Notes under the pieces: generated by a model
What the model was told of the DNA's origin: nothing
Seen by the model: the letters and a program-made list of their open reading frames with translations, nothing else
Databases searched by the model: none
Program-made: the position numbers and the translations under genes
In this document: piece by piece, positions 25,501-36,430 of the stretch
Numbering within the stretch: position 1 is the first letter of the stretch
Layout: each line of letters opens with the position of its first letter
Source of the DNA: Vicugna vicugna
Lineage: Eukaryota
Length of the DNA: 64,000 nt
Direction: 5' to 3'
NCBI GenBank assembly: GCA_013265495.1
Contig: MU058540.1
Span: forward strand, 1,203,696-1,267,695

Positions 25501-28022
25501 GACTGCAGTAAGTCCCATCCTCCCTGGATCTGGACAAGGTGGAGCGTGGTCTCTGCCATCATTCATTCCCTTCTAGCCTGACTTGCCAGGTCTGTGCTCC
25601 TCTGTCCCCTCCCTCCCTGCTTCATAGGCACCCTCGCACCTGGTTCCCAGCTCCCTCAGCTCTCCTCCAACAGCTGGAGAAGCTTTAAAAATATGCAATA
25701 TATGCACACTAGGCAACATCTAAAAGGCATAACAGGACCCATGGTGAAAAATCCCTCCCCCCACCCCAGCCACCCAGTTCCCCAAAGGCAGCCACCCTTA
25801 CTCAGCTTTCCAAAAATATTCTCTGCTCGTGTATTTCCCCCCATAAAAAATGGAATCATCCAGCCACGCTGTGCTGAACATGGCTGGTTTTGCTTTAGTG
25901 ACATGGCTTGGAGGGTTCCTTCCATTCAAGACCAGAGCATTCTGTGGCTGGCCTGCACCGTAATTTACTTAACCAGTCCCAGTGGATGAGCATTTGGGTT
26001 GTTTCCAGTCCTTGGCTTTTACAAGCAGTGCTACGGTAAATAAAACTGGGCGTCATTGGTTCGCCCAACTGGCTGGAAGGTAATTTCCTAGGAATGGTGC
26101 TGCTGAGTGAAGGATGTGTGCCTCTAAGGATGGGAGAGAATGCCCAGTTGCCCTCTGTCAAGGTTCCCCACCGCCAGGGGTGGGCTTGACCTTTGATCAG
26201 ATCCCATAATGGAATGTCCCTACCCCTCACTGGTCCCTGCCCCACTGACAGTCCGCTTACAGCTAGCTGTCTATGCTGGGATCCCAAACAGCAGAGTTCT
26301 GTGACTCCAACAGTTGTAGACTGGCCTCTGGCTGCAGGGTCACATCCTACCCTGGCTGAAAATCCTTTATTAAATGTCCCTGCCTTTTACTTCTCCAAAT
26401 CTAAATTCAAACTGTTCTCTACAAAGCAAATACTGCTTTACAAGTGAGAAGTGCCAAATTAAGAAGAAAAAAATTCAGACTCTTTTCTTTGGCCCTTGAT
26501 GAATTCAGCTGTCTTCCCACCCACCCACCGCCACCGTGCATGAGTGTGGGAAAGTGTGTCTGAGGTTTTGTTAAGGCGAGAAGAACAAAATATATTTAGT
26601 GCCTGAGAGGCACCAGGGGGCAATACTAGGTTATTACTGGGAAAAGAGCACTAGCCTCTGGACAGATGGGCAGACTGAGGCCAGAGAAGGGGAGGAACAC
26701 CCTTGACTAAGGAGCCTCACGTGTTTGTGCCGTCTGACCTGAGCCTGAGAGCCAGCTGTTGGTAAGAGATGGAGGTCTCCTGGACCCCCTGGTTGTGCTG
26801 AATCTCGCAGAGGCCAGCCCTCCCCAAGTGTCCTCATCGGACAGGGCTCATAGTGTCTGAGGCTGCTATGCAGAAGCAGGGAAGTGCCACCTGCCCAAAG
26901 CTCATGTCTCCTAGTGGGGTCAGGCCCCGCCTGGACTCACTGCCCCTTTGAAGACCAGGCCCCTGCCTCTCTGGTCCTGTCTGCTTGCTACTGAGCCCTT
27001 CTTGCTGGGGTGGCAGTGAGAACTGGGTGGGGGATGGGAGTAGGGCACTGCCTGCCCCAGCCCTGGGGCAGCACACGGCCTAGATTGGACAGCCGTGATG
27101 CCTGCCGACAGATCCAGGGCACACACAGCCACACTGGCGCTCGCACAGATTGCAAGGGTCTGACCTGTGGGCTGGGAAGCCACATGGCTGGGACTCTTAG
27201 GAGACACGTAAGCGGCTAATGGAGGCTTTGAGGCTGGGCACCGAGGCAGAGGGAAGGGCATTTAAAGGAGTCCAGCAGCTCAGAGACCTGAGGAGGCGCT
27301 GAGTCTGGGCAGAAGGTGGGAGGGGGCCTGCTGCCAGTTTCCCGAGGGTCTCGGATCCAGGCTCCTGGTGGGAGCTTCAGGGAGGTTCTAGGGGCTAAGA
27401 TCAGTGACTCTGTGTTGATTGGGGGTGGGGGTAGGGAAGCTGAGATGGGTCTCTTGGACTCAGGGCAAAGATCTGACTGGGTCAGGGTGGGCAGTGCCAA
27501 GGGGGGCAGATTGAGAAGCCAGCTGGGGTTCACTGAGCCCCAGGGGGCCCTACAGGGTGCTAGGTCCTGGGGAGGAGGTGCAGGACATGCAGAAAGATAA
27601 GCTGGATGGCTGGCTTTGAAGAGATGTGTGTGTCTATGAAGCAAACTGCAGATTTACATAAAGCAAATATGTAATTGTGTGGCCCTAGCTTTTAGCTCTG
27701 AGTCCAGAAACACAAAAACAGATGCAGACCATTCTGGTGGTGGGGGCCAGCTTCTGAGAAGAGGTGCCCACATTTGAGCTCGAAGATGGATCTTGGGGAG
27801 AGGGGAAGGAGAGGATGTGGAGTGAAGGGCTAATGGAGGAGAGCCAGGGAGGTGGGCATGAGGGTGACTCTAGGGATGGTGAGCCAGGCTCTGGACAGGA
27901 AGCCCACATTCCAAAGCAAGGCTCATGCCTATGGAGCCTCCACTGCAAGTTGGGGTCCTAGGCCTGGAGTGGGGCACGTGGGATACTCCCCTCATTTACA
28001 GGATCTCTCCTCTGCCTCCCAG

Positions 28023-28085
28023 CGCATGAACAGCCCAGCCTGCTGACCGCCGCTCCACACCTGTCCATCCCCCCACGGCCACACC
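28023..28085 (+). other. PACSIN1: PACSIN1 5'UTR part of the first coding exon
   Basis: Polypyrimidine tract and acceptor ctctcctctgcctcccAG ending at 28022, followed by 63 nt to the ATG in Kozak context cacaccATGt. Confidence 0.8.
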
Positions 28086-28148
28086 ATGTCCGGCTCCTAC
28101 GACGAGGCCTCGCTAGCTCCAGAGGAGACCACTGACAGCTTCTGGGAG
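28086..28148 (+). CDS. PACSIN1: PACSIN1 (syndapin I) coding exon 1 of 9
   Basis: Translates MSGSYDEASLAPEETTDSFWE, the PACSIN1 N-terminus; donor GAG|gtaagg, phase 0. The nine exons (63+157+236+156+176+121+128+188+110) total 1335 nt = 444 aa plus stop. Confidence 0.97.
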
Positions 28149-28959
28149 GTAAGGCGTGGATGCTGAGGACCAGATAGCCTGGCTGCTTGGAAGCCCAGGC
28201 TCCCACCCACCCACGATCTTAGGCTTTGCTTCCCAGCCCCTTGGGTCCCTCCAAAGCCCTCTATGTCCAATAGGCAGTTGTTGCTGTGAAGTGGCTACTA
28301 TAGGCCCTGAGCCTGGAGCCCTTCTGCCCCACAGCTGCCCCTAAATTCTGTGCATTTATGATATGTAACAGGGCCCTCCTGGCCCTCTGCTCTGGGGGCC
28401 CAGGCTCCGACTCCTCGCCCTTCACATGGGCAGGTGCAGCACTTTACAACTTACACAGGCTTTCACAGCTGCGCCCTACCCCAACACTGTGAAGTGGGCA
28501 GTGGGTGGAGCACCAGCCACAGAGAAGTGTGAGTTCAGGGAGCCCCACAGCAACAAACAGGTGGAGACATGCCAGCATTGCATGAGCCTCCCCAAATAGT
28601 TGAGACCCAGAAAAAAATTTTCCATTGGCTTCCGAAACTCAAAGCGAAAACTGCCAAACCTAAATTAATAAGTGTTTAATGAGGTGTCTACAAAACATAA
28701 TATTGTGTCAAGAAGCTGCAGCTCAACTCAACGCTTATATGACTCTATATAAATCTAATAGATTTAGCTCACAAGAACAAAATGAATAATTCATTCACGT
28801 CCAAGTCCAAATTCTAAAAATCCTTCTGCACTTTGTGGCAGCGAGGAAATTATGTTTAAAGTGGAATGAGGGGGCGTATAGAAGGTGGAGTGTGAGGCGG
28901 GGTGTCGAAGCCTCCGAAGGTGAGATGGATCCAGAGCCCCCAGGGTGTTGCCATGGGGT

Positions 28960-29310
<351 letters not shown>

Positions 29311-30186
29311 TGGATGCACCTGCACCTTCCGGTCACAGGGCCTTTGCAGCTGGCCCCTCACCTGCACTCTTCCCTCCCAAACCCAGCAGGACTCCTGTGC
29401 CCGTTCAGCTCTACTTCGTGCAATTTTAGGTTGGATTTAAGGGAAAAAAACCCTTTTATTTTGAAATAATCTAAGCTTAGAGAAAAGTTGCTAGATTAGT
29501 GCCGAGAACTACATACATTTCACCCAGATTCACCAGCTCCTATTTTACTACCTTTGTTTTCTCACTCCCTCTATGTTTACTTACATATCTTTTCTGAACC
29601 ATTTAAGTTGGAGACATGCCCCTTCACCCTAAATTCTTCATGTATCTCTAAAGAATAAGAACAATTTGTGTAACCATAGTTCAACTATCAAATTCGGGGC
29701 ATTTGAAATGGCCCACACACAAATTTTATTACAGCAAATGTTTGCGCTGTTCGAGGATTCTGTGGAATGTCTGGTCCCAATGGCTTCCTGTCATCTGTAA
29801 CCAGCTGGTTCTCTAGTTTAACATTCAGCCAACATTCCTGGAGCACCAACTCTGTGCCTGGTGCTGGGCTGGCTTGTGAGAGCTCATGGGGTCCAGGCTG
29901 CACCCCATGGGGCTCACAGCTGATGGGGGAGACAGAAAGTAGGCCCAGAAACAGATGCTCTAGGAAGAATTCACAAGGGCTGCAGGCCGAGGTATTCAGA
30001 GATGGCTTCCTGGAGGAGGTGGCTGTACTTGGGTCCTGGAGGATGATAAAACTATAGAGAGAACAAAGGAGGGCATTACTGCTGCCACGGGAAGTATGGA
30101 GAAAGCCTCAAAGAAAGGAGGCCTAAGAGGGGGTGCTCTGGGCAGGAGGTGATGAGGGCCTGGTGACCTCACGGCCATTTCCTCAG

Positions 30187-30422
30187 GCCCACAGTATGGC
30201 AGCCTGGAGCGGGCCTGGGGTGCCATAATGACGGAGGCGGACAAGGTGAGCGAACTGCATCAGGAGGTGAAGAACAACCTGTTGAACGAGGACCTGGAGA
30301 AGGTCAAGAACTGGCAGAAGGATGCCTATCACAAGCAGATCATGGGCGGCTTCAAGGAGACCAAGGAGGCTGAAGACGGCTTCCGCAAGGCCCAGAAGCC
30401 CTGGGCCAAGAAGATGAAGGAG
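30187..30422 (+). CDS. PACSIN1: PACSIN1 coding exon 3 (F-BAR including wedge loop HKQIMGGF)
   Basis: (G)[30 protein letters not shown]...KPWAKKMKE; acceptor cctcAG, donor GAG|gtgcct. Confidence 0.97.
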
Positions 30423-30827
30423 GTGCCTGGTGGGCGGCTGCCCCAGAGGGATGAGGCTGGGCGGCTGGGCTCAGAGGGGCAGTCTGATCAGAGGGAGGGT
30501 GTCTACAGACGGGGTGGACAGCGCACTGCCTGCTGGGATTGTGCCCACAGGGGTGCAACACTGCCTGCCAGGAAGACATACCCACAGACAGGGCAGGCAC
30601 TGTGATGCCCTACGGGAGGGTGTCTGTAGGGACAACAGGCAGTGCAGGGAAACAGCCAGACAGGTGGGCACTGCTCCCTATACCTGGAGCCAGGGCTACA
30701 TCCCTCCTGTCTCTGAGAATGTGTGCTCACAGCTCCCAGTAGGATGGGCAGGCGGGAGGGGCTGAGAGCGACCACATTTGCTCCTGCTTGCAAGTAGGAG
30801 CCCTGCCCCCACTCCCTCTCCCCACAG

Positions 30828-30983
30828 CTAGAGGCAGCCAAGAAGGCCTACCATCTGGCCTGCAAAGAGGAGAAGCTGGCTATGACCCGGGAGATGAATA
30901 GCAAGACGGAGCAGTCGGTCACACCTGAGCAGCAAAAGAAGCTGCAGGACAAAGTGGACAAGTGCAAGCAGGATGTTCAGAAG
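30828..30983 (+). CDS. PACSIN1: PACSIN1 coding exon 4
   Basis: [52 protein letters not shown]; acceptor cccacAG, donor AAG|gtgccg. Confidence 0.97.
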
Positions 30984-31080
30984 GTGCCGCCCGGGCTGGG
31001 GTCTGAGGGCCCTTTGGAGCGGGTGGTGGCTGGGAGCTGCAGGCCTGGGTCTCACCCTCCCTTTGCCCCGGTGCCTATAG

Positions 31081-31256
31081 ACACAGGAGAAGTATGAGAA
31101 GGTGCTGGAAGATGTGGGCAAGACCACTCCCCAGTACATGGAGGGCATGGAGCAGGTGTTTGAGCAGTGCCAGCAATTTGAGGAAAAACGGCTGGTCTTT
31201 CTCAAGGAGGTGCTGCTGGACATCAAACGTCACCTCAACCTCGCTGAGAATAGCAG
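31081..31256 (+). CDS. PACSIN1: PACSIN1 coding exon 5
   Basis: [58 protein letters not shown](S); acceptor ctatAG, donor AG|gtagtc. Confidence 0.97.
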
Positions 31257-31660
31257 GTAGTCGGGCGTGCAGCATGTGGGCACAGGCAGAGGAGGCAAAG
31301 GGTAGTGCTGGTGTGCAGGGCCTTCAGGGTCCTATTAGAGTGATGGGAAGAGGAGGGCAGAGCTGCAGGGGCCGAGAGGGACGAGGCTCCAAACAGAGTG
31401 GCTGCCCAGGTGTGAGCACACCAGATACTCAGGAAACATGCTTGGATGGATGGGTGAGTGGCTAAGGTGAGGATGGAGAAGGGTGCCCCCTGGACAGGCC
31501 TGGAGCCACCCACTGAGATTGATCCTTTTGGAAGCTGCCTGATTCCCAGCAAGGGACAGGCCAGCAACCTGGTTCCCAAAATGGGCTCCAGCCCTCACCA
31601 AAGCTGAGAAGGGGCTATGATGCGTCTTGCCCTGCACTGCCTCGTCTCCCCTGTGCACAG

Positions 31661-31781
31661 CTATGTCCACGTGTACCGGGAGCTGGAGCAGGCCATCCGC
31701 GGGGCCGACGCCCAGGATGACCTCAGATGGTTCCGCAGCACCAGCGGCCCTGGCATGCCCATGAATTGGCCCCAGTTTGAG
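31661..31781 (+). CDS. PACSIN1: PACSIN1 coding exon 6
   Basis: (S)YVHVYRELEQAIRGADAQDDLRWFRSTSGPGMPMNWPQFE; acceptor gcacAG, donor GAG|gtgagg. Confidence 0.97.
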
Positions 31782-31879
31782 GTGAGGAGGTGTGGGGATG
31801 GGGAAGTGAAGTCTGAAAGTCTGGAAGGGGCCTCAAGGGGGCAGCCCCCAAGCCTGACCGCTCCCCTGGTACCCACCAG

Positions 31880-32007
31880 GAGTGGAACCCAGACCTCCCT
31901 CACACCACCACCAAGAAGGAGAAACAGCCCAAGAAGGCAGAGGGGGTAGCGCTGACCAATGCCACGGGGGTGGTGGAGTCCACATCCCAGGCTGGGGACC
32001 GTGGCAG
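31880..32007 (+). CDS. PACSIN1: PACSIN1 coding exon 7 (linker)
   Basis: EWNPDLPHTTTKKEKQPKKAEGVALTNATGVVESTSQAGDRG(S); acceptor caccAG, donor AG|gtgagt. Confidence 0.96.
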
Positions 32008-32362
32008 GTGAGTGCCTCCTATGGAGCTTCTGGGGGCCGGAGGGGTCCACACCTGGGGACAGCTGAGTTTTGTCTCAGGAGACAAGAAATGGTCAAAGTC
32101 ACAGCAACCTCATGCTCCTCTCAAAGACAGTGGTAGCTGTCCTGTGAGAGCACCTACTGTGTGCCGGGCACTCTTCTAAGCATTTTCCGTATGTTAACTC
32201 ATTGAAGTATCCCAACACTGAGAAGTATGTAAATACTCCTATTTTACAGATGGAGAATCTGAAACCCAGAGAGGTTAAGTGACTTTCCCAAGGTCACATA
32301 GCTAGTTAGTAAGCCTTAGAGCCAAGATATGATGCCCCAGAGGTCTGGCTCCAGAACCCTCA

Positions 32363-32676
32363 TTCATTTGATATATATATTTGCCTTGTTCTCATTTCCT
32401 TTTTTTTCTTCCAGTTTTATTGAGATATAATTGACATACAGCACTGTATAAGTTTAAGGTGTACAGCAGAACGATTTGACTTCTATACATCAGAAATGAT
32501 TACCACAATAAGTTTAGTGAGCATCCTTCCTCTCAGAGATTCAAAGTTAAAGAATTAGAAACTGATTTTTTTTTCTTGGTGGTGACAGAACTCAAGATTT
32601 ATTGTCTTGACTTTCATAGATAACACACAGCAGTGTTAGTTCTATTTATCATGCTGCACAGAACTTCCCTAGTACT
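32363..32676 (-). mobile_element. L1 3' end inserted in a MIR in a PACSIN1 intron
   Basis: ttttattgagatataattgacatacagcactgtataagtttaaggtgtac...; 10-bp TSD AGAACCCTCA at 32353-32362 and 32677-32686. Confidence 0.75.
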
Positions 32677-32954
32677 AGAACCCTCACGCTGAATCACTGA
32701 GTGGTATTGCTCCTCTCAGATGGGGTCTCCTTCAGCACCTCCTCACTCAAGAGCTGAGTAATGCTAATAGTCCTGCCTCACATCTGTTTGAAGAGCTGTC
32801 AGTGAGAGTCACTGGCTCTGGACCCCTTCTTACAGGGCCCATTTCTGCTCCAACCTTGGTGGAATTTGGGGTCAGGGCTTTGGGTGGGAGGAGTGGGCAG
32901 CCCTAAGGATAAGGTGGGTGGCCATTCATGCTGGGTCCTCTCTCTGTGTCTCAG

Positions 32955-33142
32955 TGTTAGCAGCTATGACAGGGGCCAGCCTTATGCCACCGAGTGGTCA
33001 GATGATGAGAGTGGGAATCCATTTGGGGGTAATGAGGCCAACGGGGGCTCCAACCCCTTTGATGATGATGCCAAGGGTGTGCGTGTTCGGGCACTCTATG
33101 ACTATGACGGCCAGGAACAGGATGAGCTCAGCTTCAAGGCTG
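32955..33142 (+). CDS. PACSIN1: PACSIN1 coding exon 8 (two NPF motifs, start of SH3)
   Basis: (S)[62 protein letters not shown](G); acceptor tctcAG, donor G|gtaaga. Confidence 0.96.
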
Positions 33143-33596
33143 GTAAGAGGGGTCGGGCTAGTAGATGGGGTGGGGCCTGGCACATGGGCCTGGCCAAGAC
33201 CTGGAGGGTGACCTGTGCCCTGGGGCCAAGACTTGAATTAGAGGGCAAGGGCAGCGTCTGAGAGTGGCAACTGGGTGCCAGGGGCAGAGTTGGACCTGAG
33301 AATAAGATGGAGTAGGACCAGAAGATGAATTGGGGGCAGGGCCTGAGGGAAGAGGGTGCCAGGAGGAAGGACAGGACCAGGAAAACGAAGCTGGAGCTAA
33401 GACCTGGGTCTCAGGGGCGGGGCTGAGACCCAGATTAGGTGGGCAGCTGGGCCACACATGGGTGTCAGGGTGTGGCTGGGGCTGGTCTCAAGGGGTGGGC
33501 TTTCTGGCGGGAATGGGAGGAGCACTGGGGTCAGTCCAGCATAATAGTATAGGAGGGCTTACCCTGCAGGTGGGGTTGGGGGTCAGCCCTCTCTGA

Positions 33597-33743
<147 letters not shown>

Positions 33744-36390
33744 CCGCCCCACTCCCCTCCGCACCACCCCTCACTCCTCACCCACCGCCTCCCTTCCCTG
33801 CCCACTCTCGTCCTCCTCCCCTCGCCATAGAGTTCCAGACATATTTTCCGATCAAGCTTTTATTTTTTTAAAAGTCAAAACAGAACAAAACAAAAAATAC
33901 GAAGAGACAGAGCATTTGCAGGGCCGCCTGGAGGCCAGGGTGATAGGACTTGGGGCGATGGCTCCAGGGTAGGTGGGGGTCTTAGGACTTAGCCCAACGG
34001 CGACGTCACATCTGCTCTTCAGATCCCACCAAAGAGTCTCCTGAGCCCTGAGGGATGTCTCCTGGACCCTCTCTCCTGCCTCAGTCCCCCAGCCTTCCCA
34101 TCCCCACCCCGGGCTGCCAGCACCTGCCCCCAGTCTCTAAGCCTGGTTTTATGACCTCTTCCTCCTGCCCTCCCTGGCTCCCCTGCCACAAACCTAACTG
34201 TCAAAGTCCTCCCTGTCTTCAGTCTTCCACTTTGCCCCTGGGAGCCCTTCTTCTAGCCTCACCCCTCAAGGCTGTGGGGCTGGAGGAGGGATGGTCACCC
34301 TCTTACCCCAGAGGTTTCCAGGGGTCCCTGGGCTCCCCAGGATACGAAGAGGGGTGAGCTGGAGTTGGTGACAGTGTCGCTGGGGGGTAGAAGGCTGAGT
34401 GAACAGGGAGCAGGCCCTCGGCCCTCCCAGCACCAGGCTCAGCTGAGGGGCAAGACCCTGCTGGGGCCCTTCTTTCCAGCTGTCAGCACGTTGGGCACCG
34501 GCTCTTCCTCAGAGCTAGACCCCTTAGTCACTCACAGAGACCCCCGCCCCCTCTCAGAAGTCCTCAGGCAGCAGGGAGGGACCCCAAAGCCCAGGGCAAA
34601 GCCAGCAACAGTAGCAGCCTCCTCCCATTTCCTGGGGAGGAGGACATATTGCCCAGCCACCTTCCTTCCCTCCATGTCCATCTAAAACCCTAGAACCACT
34701 AGGCTAAGCCAGCCTCCCATCCTTCTTCCCCCTTCTGTGGCCTGCCTGCAGAGACACTGTGGGCCCAGGGGAACTACCAGCCTGGGAGCGGCAGGGGAGA
34801 GCCTGCAGCCAATGGGACAGGACTGGGTTTGCAAAAGGGAGGAGCCCTGGCCCTCAGGAGCAGGACAGTCGCCATGTCTTTATTCCTTGTCCCTTCCCCG
34901 CCCCCAACCCCAGCCCTGGCCCCTGGCAGCCCCTCCTGCTGGCAGCCCCTCCATTTCTCCAAGCCCGGGTATCAGTTTAAGGACTTTGGGGGATGGGAGG
35001 AGGCCAAGGGCCTCCGGAGAGCAGGAGCGCTTCCTGTGGTTGGTGAGAGAGTGGTGCTGATTACCAGGGATTCGTACCAGGTACCAACCAGCCTTGCCCA
35101 TACGATTCGGGCAGGGGTGCTTGGGAAGCAGGCCAGGGCAGGACAAGACCCCACAAGGTAAGGGAATGGCTAGAGGAGGAGTCTCTCAGGAACCTCCCCC
35201 ATGAGGCCCTGAGACTTCCTGTAGCACCAGGTGAGACTTGCTCACAGCTGATGCTACTCCTGGGCCTCAGGTCTGCAGACGCCCTGCCTGCTCCTACAGC
35301 ACCAGACCCCCTGGCCTCCAGGTAAAGACAGTGTGATACCCCAGCCCCTCTGTCACCCCTCAGTCCTCTTTTGCTCCCCGCTTCTTCCAACAGCCTACTT
35401 AGGAGGTTGCAGGCCCCACCTCAAGGCCTTGACCTGTACATGTGGGCACAGAGGATCCTGGCAGATTCTCAGGGGCCTGAGCTGGGGCAGGCCTCCCTCA
35501 GGGCCAGGGGAGTTGGGGGTGGGGTGGGGAGGATGGCACTCCCAGGGTCAGGCGAACTCCCAGCACCCCCTTTCTTGTCACTGTCTGCTCTCTGGGCCTC
35601 TGAGATGTGCCTTCGGCTGCTCAGAGCCTGAAGCAAGATTTCTGAAGCCTGGAGCCCTCCCAACTCCAGAATAAAAACTTCCTCAGCCTCTCCTCCAGGC
35701 AGGAGTTGGGGCTGGGGGCCTCTGCCCCTCGCTACTTACCCTTGGAAAGCAGAAAGCTGGCACATCTGCACCTTGGGGCCTGGGCTCCCCCCTCTCTGTG
35801 CCAGTGGCTCCCCAGCTCCTGGGTAGGGGCTGTGGCCCTGGCTGGACCCCAGGCCTGTCTCCCTCTCCACTCCAGCTGCCCACTCTGGGGCAGGGACTTG
35901 AAACCCCATTCCTTCTGAGCAACCACCTCTACGACTCCATCTGGGACCACTCTCTCTCAGCCCCCAGGCTCCTCAGGGCACCAGGGTGGGAGGGTCTCCC
36001 ACCTGGAAGTCCCCCTGAGCCCCAGGGGCCCAGCCCCACCTGTCAGTGCTGGTGTCAGGGTACTCAACACCGAGTGTGGGGGCCATGCTCACCGCCTCCC
36101 GTAGCCCCCACCCCCACCCCCCTTGATGCTGTGCGGCCCACCTTATGGGGCTTGGCGAATACTGTGTTTTGTCCCCAGTTAAGCACCGTTCTGCGGCCCG
36201 CCGTCTACCACCCTAGGCTTCCTAACTCCATTAGTCCAACACTTGTGAAACTCTGAGAAGTGCTGTGGTCTCAGCAATGCACCTGTTTTGTACATGACTG
36301 TGTAATTTAAAGGTATATAAATACAAATATATATATATATAAGTTGTTATTGTATGACTGTGGATAAAATCCAAAACTGTGTCAACCTGG
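33744..36390 (+). other. PACSIN1: PACSIN1 3'UTR (about 2.6 kb; end approximate)
   Basis: Follows the stop codon, has no recognisable interspersed repeats, and ends in an AT-rich block with TGTA elements, a variant hexamer and a downstream GU-rich tract. Confidence 0.7.
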
Positions 36391-36430
36391 TTGGACGTTG
36401 TCATCTTGAGTCTTGTGTGTCTTTTGAGCC
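36285..36430 (+). terminator. PACSIN1: Candidate distal polyadenylation region of PACSIN1
   Basis: TGTA at 36289, 36301 and 36351; variant hexamers AATACA 36320-36325 and GATAAA 36363-36368; GU/U-rich tcttgtgtgtcttttg downstream. Confidence 0.6.

Noticed and set aside
35607..36282. miR-124-type (GTGCCTT, 35607) and miR-33-type (CAATGCA, 36275) seed matches
   Set aside because: Single 7-mers in a 2.6-kb UTR are expected by chance for some miRNA; conservation cannot be assessed here.
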